Below, one piece after another: positions 1 through 7,545 of a stretch of DNA of 64,000 nucleotides (position 1 is the first letter of the stretch; every line of letters begins with the position of its first letter). The translations under genes and the position numbers were made by a program. The DNA lies in NCBI GenBank assembly GCA_965227775.1, contig OZ245777.1, positions 1,120,001-1,184,000 on the forward strand. The letters run 5' to 3'. This DNA comes from Phycisphaerales bacterium (GTDB taxonomy: Bacteria; Planctomycetota; Phycisphaerae; Phycisphaerales; UBA1924). Below the pieces are notes generated by a model. It was not told where the DNA came from. It saw only the letters and a list, made by a program, of their open reading frames with translations, and made no database searches.

Positions 1-1
1 C

Positions 2-403
2 GCTGGTGACACGCTCGTCAAGACCAAGCGCGGTGATGACCTGCTGATTCCCGACGGGACCCACATCCTGCTCGATGTCTGGCACGCGAATCGGCACGAC
101 GACCACTGGGGCCCGGAGGTCACGGGACATCCGGCCGACCGATTTGTGCCGGATCGCTGGATCGGCCGCGGTGCGACGGATCAGGGAACGAAGGACTGGT
201 TGCACTTCGGATTCGGCCATGGACCGCGCTTCTGCCCGGGCAAGAACCTCGGCCAGATGGAAACCGCACTGGTCGTGGGTGCTGTTGTGAAGCTCTTCGA
301 GCTCCGGGCCGTTCGGCCCGAGAATCCCGCGCGAGCCGGGGTATCGACCAAGCCCGCCGACGGGGTCCTGGTGGAGTTGCGTGTTCGGGACTCTTCTGCT
401 TGA
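2..403 (+). CDS. Cytochrome P450, C-terminal part (5' truncated by window edge)
   Basis: The frame is open from position 2. It contains a PERF-like FVPDRW and the heme-binding motif FGHGPRFCPG (FxxGxRxCxG). Confidence 0.92.
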   Translation, partial: AGDTLVKTKRGDDLLIPDGTHILLDVWHANRHDDHWGPEVTGHPADRFVPDRWIGRGATDQGTKDWLHFGFGHGPRFCPGKNLGQMETALVVGAVVKLFELRAVRPENPARAGVSTKPADGVLVELRVRDSSA

Positions 404-412
404 ACGAAGCAA

Positions 413-444
413 GGGCGGGGACCGGTTGTGACCAGTCCCCGCCC
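413..444. terminator. Inverted repeat between convergent genes (probable terminator)
   Basis: Perfect 10-bp stem GGGCGGGGAC...GTCCCCGCCC between the P450 stop and the stop of the 505-894 gene. Confidence 0.6.
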
Positions 445-504
445 CTGTGTCTCAAACGCCTTCGGTGCCTTGGCGTGGGTGCGTGTTGATTGGTGCCTGA
501 TGCG

Positions 505-894
505 TCAAGCGTGCGACGGCACCTCCGTGTTTGCCGCGCCAAGCGAACTCGGCTTGCTCAAGCTGACGACCGAAAGAACGGCAGCTGCGTTGGCCCAATA
601 GAACCACGCGTCGATGCCCCGGAAGCCGAGCGCAAAGGGCGCGACAAAGAACGTCACACCCACCATGCCATCGACGAGCACGTGGAACCTGTATGGCAGG
701 ACCCGGAGCACGCCGAGCATGTGGTCGGTGAAGATCGTGAGGATGAGCGCAGCCACGCCCGTGCCGACCGAGAGCCACTTCGCAGCGGGCGTCGAAGCGC
801 CGAGGCCGAGCAGGAACGGTGCGATGATCAGGGCGAGCGCGACGGGATAGTCGAGCAGGGCGTGCATGTTCTTGGTGATGAATCTGGGATTCAT
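505..894 (-). CDS. Small 4-TM membrane protein (SPW-repeat-like)
   Basis: Two internally similar hydrophobic halves (HALLDYPV... / HVLVDGMV...). GGAAGGA lies upstream of the ATG. Confidence 0.7.
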   Translation of the reverse strand: MNPRFITKNMHALLDYPVALALIIAPFLLGLGASTPAAKWLSVGTGVAALILTIFTDHMLGVLRVLPYRFHVLVDGMVGVTFFVAPFALGFRGIDAWFYWANAAAVLSVVSLSKPSSLGAANTEVPSHA

Positions 895-1388
895 GGGATC
901 TGTCCTTCCAACTCAATGAGATAGCATTCAGCGCGGCCGGCACAGTGCAGTGCCCGCGAGCGCGCTTCAACACGTGGCCAGTGCTCTCGGCTGTGCGTCC
1001 GAGCAGCGTGGCCGATCCACGTGATGACGAGTTCTCCGGATCGAGAGCGATACGGAGTACATGATGAAGTGCGAATGTGCGTCTCGGGGCTGCTCGAAGT
1101 TGGCACCCGATACGACCAGCGGAGCGCGGTCGCCTGATGCGACCGCTGGTCGTCAGAACACGCTGAGACCCATGCCGTCGAGCGACGCCTGGAGGGCGTC
1201 CCTTCGATCACGCCGGGATGTTCGGGCTCGCGCCCGCAGCCGGTTCATGGCCGTGCGAACCGCGACAGTGTGCGGAGTGTTCCATCGGAACGATCGACGT
1301 GCGAACGAGGAGTCGGTTGCCACCCGCGGGTGATGCGGTGCAGACTGGGCGACGTGTGAGGTGGCGAAACTGGGTCGGAGTGAAAAAG

Positions 1389-1449
1389 GCAACAAAATGG
1401 TTGCTTATTGAGCGATCCAGGGATATGCTACATGCAACCAGGAGGTTGC
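1389..1449. promoter_or_regulatory. Two 16-bp palindromic operator candidates (GCAAC-N6-GTTGC)
   Basis: GCAACAAAATGGTTGC at 1389-1404 and GCAACCAGGAGGTTGC at 1434-1449. The second overlaps the RBS of the SRPBCC-ArsR operon. Confidence 0.65.
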
Positions 1450-1452
1450 GTT

Positions 1453-1917
1453 ATGGCTGTCCACGAGGATCAGGACCGCATCGAGAAGGTTGTCGAGCTC
1501 GCGGCACCCGTGCCACGCGTCTGGCGGGCGATCACCGACCACAAGGAGTTTGGCGCGTGGTTCCGCGTTCGGCTCGACGGGCCGTTCGAGGTTGGCAAGA
1601 GGACCACCGGCAACATCACCTACCCGGGGTACGAGCACGTCGCGTGGGAGTCGGTGACGGAGTGCATGGAGCACGAGCGACTGTTCTCCTTCTCTTGGCC
1701 ACCCAGCGCCATCGATCCCGATACGGACTACGCCGCCGACGCCAAGGTGCTGGTCGAGTTCCGGCTCGAGCCGATGGCGGACGGGGGAACACGCCTGACG
1801 ATCACCGAGTCGGGCTTCCTGCAGTTTCCAGTGCCGAAGCGACTCGAAGCGCTGCGTTCGAACACCGAAGGCTGGGAAATCCAGGCCGGACACATCGCCG
1901 CCCATGTCACGCAGTAG
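1453..1917 (+). CDS. SRPBCC/AHSA1 (START-like) domain protein
   Basis: Motifs APVPRVWRAITD, LFSFSW, GGTRLTITESGF and NTEGW. The GGAGG RBS favours the ATG at 1453. Confidence 0.9.
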   Translation: MAVHEDQDRIEKVVELAAPVPRVWRAITDHKEFGAWFRVRLDGPFEVGKRTTGNITYPGYEHVAWESVTECMEHERLFSFSWPPSAIDPDTDYAADAKVLVEFRLEPMADGGTRLTITESGFLQFPVPKRLEALRSNTEGWEIQAGHIAAHVTQ

Positions 1918-2233
1918 CAAGACCATCGACCCAGTACCCGTCTTCGCCGCGCTGGGTGACGCCACCCGGCTGGAGCTCGTCGAACGCCTTGGTGACGGCG
2001 GGCAGCACAGCATCGCGCGGCTTGCCGAGGGCTTTGACTTGTCTCGCCAGGGCGTGACGAAGCATCTCCGCGTGTTGCAAGACGCGGGCGTGGTGTCGAG
2101 CACGCGCGTTGGGAGGGAGAGCCGATTCGCGCTCCAACCCGATCAGCTTGTCAAAGCTGGTGAATACCTGGCTCGCGCGTCGGCACAGTGGGATGACGCG
2201 ATCGAACGCTTGAAAACAACCGTCGAGGCGTGA
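1904..2233 (+). CDS. ArsR/SmtB family transcriptional regulator
   Basis: Winged HTH FAALGDATRL...SRQGVTKHLRVLQDAGVV. Overlaps the SRPBCC stop codon. Confidence 0.92.
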   Translation: MSRSSKTIDPVPVFAALGDATRLELVERLGDGGQHSIARLAEGFDLSRQGVTKHLRVLQDAGVVSSTRVGRESRFALQPDQLVKAGEYLARASAQWDDAIERLKTTVEA

Positions 2234-2269
2234 TCAAGACGCCTCTTGAATCGGGAGTGTCGCTTCGGC

Positions 2270-4087
2270 CTAGCGATCAACTTCCTGCAGGTGGAGCAGC
2301 AGCACGCGCCTCACCTCGCGGATTGCCAGCGAGTGGGTGTGGGCCTCGTGGCCGCTCTCGACGATCAACTCCGACTCGGCGCCCTCGATGAGCGCACTCT
2401 CAACGGGCACGATGCCGTCCGTGCCACTGCCCCGATCACCGGCGATGAGGTGGAATGGCACGTCCGGCCGCATTGGTGTCTGTAGATACACTCGCAAGTG
2501 GGGTGAGTCTGGTTGCAGATCATCGATGCTGGAGGGCACGCCCCGGCCCAACTGGTACTCGCGGCCCGCGCGGACGCGCGCTTGCTCGGTGCGGAACCAC
2601 GCATCGACGTCGTCGAAGTCTTCGGGTAGGTCGATGAGCCAGTCGCCAAGGCGGCTGATCCAGTTGTTGGCGAAGCCACTACCGCGATGGGGCGTGGCGA
2701 TGAACACGACGCGGGCGATCTGTTCGTTGGCTTCGTAGAAGAACACCTCATCCAGGTGTGTGCGCACGCTGTCGGGCATCTCGACTTCGTCGAACGGCTC
2801 GGGATGGAGCGAATGCCAGAACGAATCGCCGCTGTCTTGCAGCGCTGCCTTGGTAAGCAGGCCGCCCATGGAGTGGCCGAGTACGACCATGTCCTGCATG
2901 GCGGGGTTCGAGCCGTCGGGGTCGAAGTGCTGCCGAACAAGTTCGAGCCATCGGCGCAGGTACATCGCCGAGCGACCGATGGGCAGGCCCGTGGGGTAGT
3001 AGAACATCCAGAACTGGTATCGCTCACGGATGTCGGGATCGTGGCGAAGGCCATTGAGTAAGTCTCGCCACGTGGCCGGGCTGGAGCGCAGCCCGTGCAC
3101 CATGAGGACGGGGATCTTGTCCGGGTCGTACGGCTCGTGCAGATAGATGCCCAAGCGGCTGAGAAACTCTTCGATGTTGGTCAGCCCCTTGCGACCGCTG
3201 GTGATGAGCGAGGTTCTGGAGAACAACTCGGCGATGGGGGCGGTGACATCGGTGGATAGCCGGAGCGCGCCGCCATGGCGCTGGATGCTGCGGACGTAGT
3301 CGGGGTTCCATGCCTCGACCACGACGCGATCCGTGCTCTCGAATCGCAGCGTGACGGTCGCCGCGGTCATCAGACCCTCGGGTGGCACGAAGGGCTCGGA
3401 CCGAGGCGGGTCGGCGTCCTGCTGTTCGCGAATGGCGACGGCTGGCGCACCGAACGCGTCGAGACGGTGATGATTGCGCATGCCCTGGACGCGCATGAAG
3501 TCCGTTGGCTTGAGCCGATCGAACTCACCGGGTCCGAATCGCGCGCGGTCGTCCGTGGCATCCAATTCGATGACATACCTGCCGCCGGCGCCCTCCACAA
3601 TTTCCGCGGTGTCTTCGGCGAGCCATGACTGCGCGCTGCGTGCGAGAAAGTGGGCTGTGGCCCTGCGGTTCAGCTTCGCTGCGAATTCGGTACGAGTATC
3701 GAGCAAGCCGCCTCCGTGCAGGATTGCTCGCTGGAGCTCGAGATCGGCTTGTTGCGCGCATGCGAGGTAGAGCGAGGTGTCATTGCCGGATCGCTCGGCG
3801 AGATCCAGCAGGATCTCTGTTGCCGCCAGCCGCCATAGAGCGTCGGGTTCCTTTTCGGCGAGTGCGATCAGTCGCTCGACAGCTTCGGCTCGATCCGTGT
3901 TTGCGAGTTCAACGAGGTCGAGCTGGCTGATCGCATCCTGCGTGAACTTGCTGAGTGAGTGGGAAGTGAGCCGGCTTTCCTGCTGTATGCGCAGAGTTTG
4001 GGCGGGGTTGGCCGAGTACACACGCACCTCGCGCACACAGCCGGTGAGCGAGAGCGCCGCGAGAATGAGCATCAAGGTCTTGAGCAT
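2270..4087 (-). CDS. Alpha/beta hydrolase (lipase/esterase-like) lipoprotein
   Basis: Lipobox LTGC; VHGL oxyanion motif; GHSMGG nucleophile elbow; ATPHRGS; DGIVP; C-terminal His. Confidence 0.85.
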   Translation of the reverse strand: MLKTLMLILAALSLTGCVREVRVYSANPAQTLRIQQESRLTSHSLSKFTQDAISQLDLVELANTDRAEAVERLIALAEKEPDALWRLAATEILLDLAERSGNDTSLYLACAQQADLELQRAILHGGGLLDTRTEFAAKLNRRATAHFLARSAQSWLAEDTAEIVEGAGGRYVIELDATDDRARFGPGEFDRLKPTDFMRVQGMRNHHRLDAFGAPAVAIREQQDADPPRSEPFVPPEGLMTAATVTLRFESTDRVVVEAWNPDYVRSIQRHGGALRLSTDVTAPIAELFSRTSLITSGRKGLTNIEEFLSRLGIYLHEPYDPDKIPVLMVHGLRSSPATWRDLLNGLRHDPDIRERYQFWMFYYPTGLPIGRSAMYLRRWLELVRQHFDPDGSNPAMQDMVVLGHSMGGLLTKAALQDSGDSFWHSLHPEPFDEVEMPDSVRTHLDEVFFYEANEQIARVVFIATPHRGSGFANNWISRLGDWLIDLPEDFDDVDAWFRTEQARVRAGREYQLGRGVPSSIDDLQPDSPHLRVYLQTPMRPDVPFHLIAGDRGSGTDGIVPVESALIEGAESELIVESGHEAHTHSLAIREVRRVLLLHLQEVDR

Positions 4088-4132
4088 GTGGCACTCCCAG
4101 CGAGCGTGCGGCGCAGTGCGACCCGCCGCGTG

Positions 4133-5779
4133 CTAGATGCGGCATACCTGCTGGCCGAGGCGTTCGGTGAGCTTCATGTTCTCGCGATAATCGACGGGCG
4201 CAACGAGGAGCGCCGGACCCTGGTGCTCCAGCGCACGCTTCAATGCGGGTAGGAACTCGCTGCTGTTCTGAACCTGCTCGCTGCGCCAGCCGAACGCCTC
4301 GCCCAGCCCGATCCAGTTTGGGTTGCCGAACGAGAGATCGGTGTGCTTGCCGAACTCAGCCTCTTGTTTCCACTCGATGAGGCCGTAGGCCTTGTCTTCC
4401 CACACGATGGCAACAACGTCGAGGCCCATGCGGGCGATGGTCTCCATCTCCTGCACGTTCATAAGGAAGTCGCCGTCACCACAGATGGCCACGCAATGGT
4501 CGTCGGGCCGTGCGAGCTTGGCACCGATGAGGCCCGGCAGGGCCTGGCCCATGGAGCAGAAGCCGTTGGGGATCAGGCACGTGTTCGGCTCGATGCACTG
4601 GTAGTGGCGGCCGATCCACATCTTGTGTGCGCCCACGCCACTGAGGAGAACGTCGCCCGCGCGGAGGGCCTGCCGTGTGTCCCACAGCAACTTCTGCGGC
4701 CTGATCGAACCCTTCGTGTCGTCGTTGGCGTGCGCAGCGAACTCGTCGAGCATCTTCTGGCGAACACGGGCGAGCCGATCGGTGTGGTGGTTTGGTCCTC
4801 GAGTGTCGCCAAGCAGCTCCCGCAGTTGTACGAGTCCCGCAGCGATGTCGCCGACCAGTTCGACCTCGGGGTGGTACGACGCATCGATCTCGGCCGGCGT
4901 GAAGTCGAGGTGGATGATGCGGGTCTTCGGGCCCACCCAGTTCCTCGGCGGATACTCGACCAGGTCGTACCCGATCGCCAGCACAACGTCGGACTCGATG
5001 AGCTCCTGGGCGATCTCGTCACGCTGCTGGATGCCAACCGTGAAAAGGCAGTGCCCGGAGTCCATCGACGCGGCACCCTTGCCCATGAACGTCGAGACGA
5101 CGGGCAGGCCAAAGGCGTCGGCGAGCGCCCGCAGCTCCGCGGAGGCTCGCGTACGGATGCCACCGTTGCCGCTCAGGATCATCGGTCGGTCGGCTGACCG
5201 CAACAAGTCTGCGGCGGCCTGCAACGCATCCGTATTGGGCGTCGGTCGGCGATAGCGGCGGGGCACCAGCGGCTTCGCATCGGTGTCGTGCTTGGCGATG
5301 TCTTCGGGAAGCTCGATGAGTACGGCACCGGGCTTCTCGCCGCGAGCCAGCCGGACCGACTTGCGGATGACCTCGGGGATCGAGTCGGCAGTGCGGATGC
5401 TCGTGGCCCATTTGGTGACCGGCTCGAACATCGCGATGACGTCCATGATCTGGTGCGACTCTTTGTGCAGCCGATCGGTCGTGCCTTGGCCCGAGATTGC
5501 AAGCAGCGGCGCGTGATCCATGTTGGCATCGGCAACGCCCGTCACCATGTTGGTGGCGCCGGGGCCGAGTGTGCCGATGCAGCCGACGGGCTGGCCGGTG
5601 AGCTTGCCGTAGGTCGACGCCGCGAACACGGCTCCCTGCTCGTGCCTGGTGATGTACACGTCGATCGAGGAGCCCTCCAGCGACAGCATCATGTCGGCGT
5701 TCTCTTCGCCCGGCACACCGATGAGGAAGGGAATGGACTCTTCTTCGAGGCAGCGAACGAAGAGATCGGAGGCTTTCAT
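4133..5779 (-). CDS. Acetolactate synthase large subunit / ThDP-dependent enzyme
   Basis: Motifs GVPGEEN, RHEQGA, TLGPGATN, HKESHQ and the GDGDF ThDP-binding motif. Confidence 0.9.
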   Translation of the reverse strand: MKASDLFVRCLEEESIPFLIGVPGEENADMMLSLEGSSIDVYITRHEQGAVFAASTYGKLTGQPVGCIGTLGPGATNMVTGVADANMDHAPLLAISGQGTTDRLHKESHQIMDVIAMFEPVTKWATSIRTADSIPEVIRKSVRLARGEKPGAVLIELPEDIAKHDTDAKPLVPRRYRRPTPNTDALQAAADLLRSADRPMILSGNGGIRTRASAELRALADAFGLPVVSTFMGKGAASMDSGHCLFTVGIQQRDEIAQELIESDVVLAIGYDLVEYPPRNWVGPKTRIIHLDFTPAEIDASYHPEVELVGDIAAGLVQLRELLGDTRGPNHHTDRLARVRQKMLDEFAAHANDDTKGSIRPQKLLWDTRQALRAGDVLLSGVGAHKMWIGRHYQCIEPNTCLIPNGFCSMGQALPGLIGAKLARPDDHCVAICGDGDFLMNVQEMETIARMGLDVVAIVWEDKAYGLIEWKQEAEFGKHTDLSFGNPNWIGLGEAFGWRSEQVQNSSEFLPALKRALEHQGPALLVAPVDYRENMKLTERLGQQVCRI

Positions 5780-5821
5780 GCGACGTTCCTTGTCAATTCC
5801 TCACGTCCGGCGAAGTTGTTC

Positions 5822-7438
5822 CTACTCGATCTTCGATCGAAGCATGTAGTCGTTGGGCTGCAGCTCGTCATCAATACCGAAAAGCGGGACGCCGATCATG
5901 GTGTCGCCCTTCTGGTGATCTTTCCAGACGTTGATCGGGCGGTCGATCGCCAGCTCTGGATTGTCCTTGTCAGCCACGAGTAGGCGGACCTGCAGCTTCG
6001 AGCGGTCAGAGAAGTACCACGTACCGTTGCTGTAGGTCCATTTGGTCTCGCGGGCCCATGCCTGGGCGGGAATACGGACCCTGAGCAACTCGAACTCTGC
6101 TTGCTGCACCTTCCAGCCGCTGATGGCGACCTTGATGGCGGCGTCCCGATCGGCGCCCTGGAAGTTGTCGCCGGGCATGGTGTTCTCGCGGATGATGAGC
6201 TCGCGGAGCGAGTCGGCTTGCTGCTTCAGGTCGGCCTGCGTCGCGTCGTATTGCTGGCGGATTGCGGCGCCTGCAGTCTGGTCGAGCGCCGTCAGCAGCG
6301 TGATCTTCTCGTCCGCAAAGCCCATGACCTGCGGGATACCGCCGGTAAACCACCGGGGTTTCTGCTCGGCGACGGCCTCTTGGCCGTATCGCCGCGCTGT
6401 GGCGATGTGCTCGCGGATCTGCGCAGGCAGCGCGGCCTTCTGGTTCTCGGCTTCGGCCAGGTATTCGGCGTGGTTCTGCAGGAAGCCGTTGCCAACGCCC
6501 TCGATCTGCTCTCCCTGGGTAGTCCGCTGCTGGATAAGCCGCGCGTACTTGCGTGCGATGCGCAGGCATTCGTCCTTCGCAGCGGGCCCCTGCTCGAAGG
6601 TCTCACCCGCCAGTACGGGCTGGGTCTGGAAGATCTCGGGCCTGGCGAACATGATCGACAGCTCGCGGAGACGCTTGTAGTCGGTGTCGAAGTCGGGATA
6701 ATTCGCAGGATTGATCAGATCTTCGAGTTGCGCGTCGAGTGGGCGGAGGTAATCCTCTGCGGTCACGACCTTGGCTTGGGCGTTCACGAGCCGCTGTCGG
6801 GCTTCGGACACGCCGCGGCCGTCGGCGGGGAGCTGGCCCAACGTGTCGTTGGCAAAGCCCGCCTTGCGCTGCGCATTGGCCACGACCTCGCGCAGGCCAT
6901 TCACATCGCGGAAGTTGATTGACAGCTGGTCATCGATGGCGCGGAGCTTCTCAGTCTGCTCGGTCAGCACTTGGGCGTTGCCCTCGACCTCTCGGATGTG
7001 GAAGGTCGCGTTGCGCAGCAGCTCCTCTTGCCGGTAGTCGAGCTTGGTGCCCGTCTCGGGTTCGGCGGGTGCGTCCGAGCCCGTGAGGAAGGCCCGGAGG
7101 CGGTTGTACTCGTTGGCGGCGGCGGTGTACCGCTCGACCGCCTCGGCACGTCCTTCCGTTCCAGCGGGGATCGTCTCGAGCAACTCCTTGGCCGGGTTGA
7201 TGTCGCCCAGGGCCATCTCGAGCCGCCGCGCGAGAAGCTTGCCGGCTGACCCGCGTGGCGGCGAGGTCCTGCCCTGCACACTCGCGGCGACCGATTCCAG
7301 GTTCGTCTCAGCGCGCTTGAGCAGGCTGTTGACCCGGTCGATGTCGTTGGTGTGGATAGAGGCGGCGGCGAAACTTGTACCAAGGCACAAAGCCATGAGC
7401 ACGCAAAGCAGCCGAACGGGGACGAGCGAATGTGTCAT
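5822..7438 (-). CDS. Hypothetical secreted, largely alpha-helical protein
   Basis: Long ORF with coding-like codon use. AGGAGG precedes the ATG at 7438 and the N-terminus looks like a signal peptide. No family recognised. Confidence 0.7.
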   Translation of the reverse strand: MTHSLVPVRLLCVLMALCLGTSFAAASIHTNDIDRVNSLLKRAETNLESVAASVQGRTSPPRGSAGKLLARRLEMALGDINPAKELLETIPAGTEGRAEAVERYTAAANEYNRLRAFLTGSDAPAEPETGTKLDYRQEELLRNATFHIREVEGNAQVLTEQTEKLRAIDDQLSINFRDVNGLREVVANAQRKAGFANDTLGQLPADGRGVSEARQRLVNAQAKVVTAEDYLRPLDAQLEDLINPANYPDFDTDYKRLRELSIMFARPEIFQTQPVLAGETFEQGPAAKDECLRIARKYARLIQQRTTQGEQIEGVGNGFLQNHAEYLAEAENQKAALPAQIREHIATARRYGQEAVAEQKPRWFTGGIPQVMGFADEKITLLTALDQTAGAAIRQQYDATQADLKQQADSLRELIIRENTMPGDNFQGADRDAAIKVAISGWKVQQAEFELLRVRIPAQAWARETKWTYSNGTWYFSDRSKLQVRLLVADKDNPELAIDRPINVWKDHQKGDTMIGVPLFGIDDELQPNDYMLRSKIE

Positions 7439-7545
7439 GTGTTCCTCCTGACGAGGAACCATGGTACGGCCGCGGTCACGCGCAGGGACCATCGATGCTC
7501 TGATTATCAGTCCGTCAGGTTGTGCTACCGCTTCGCGACCAAGCG

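Noticed and set aside
4133..5779. Branched-chain amino acid (ilv) operon
   Set aside because: No ilvN/ilvH, ilvC or ilvD is adjacent, so it is treated as a stand-alone ThDP enzyme and given no gene symbol.
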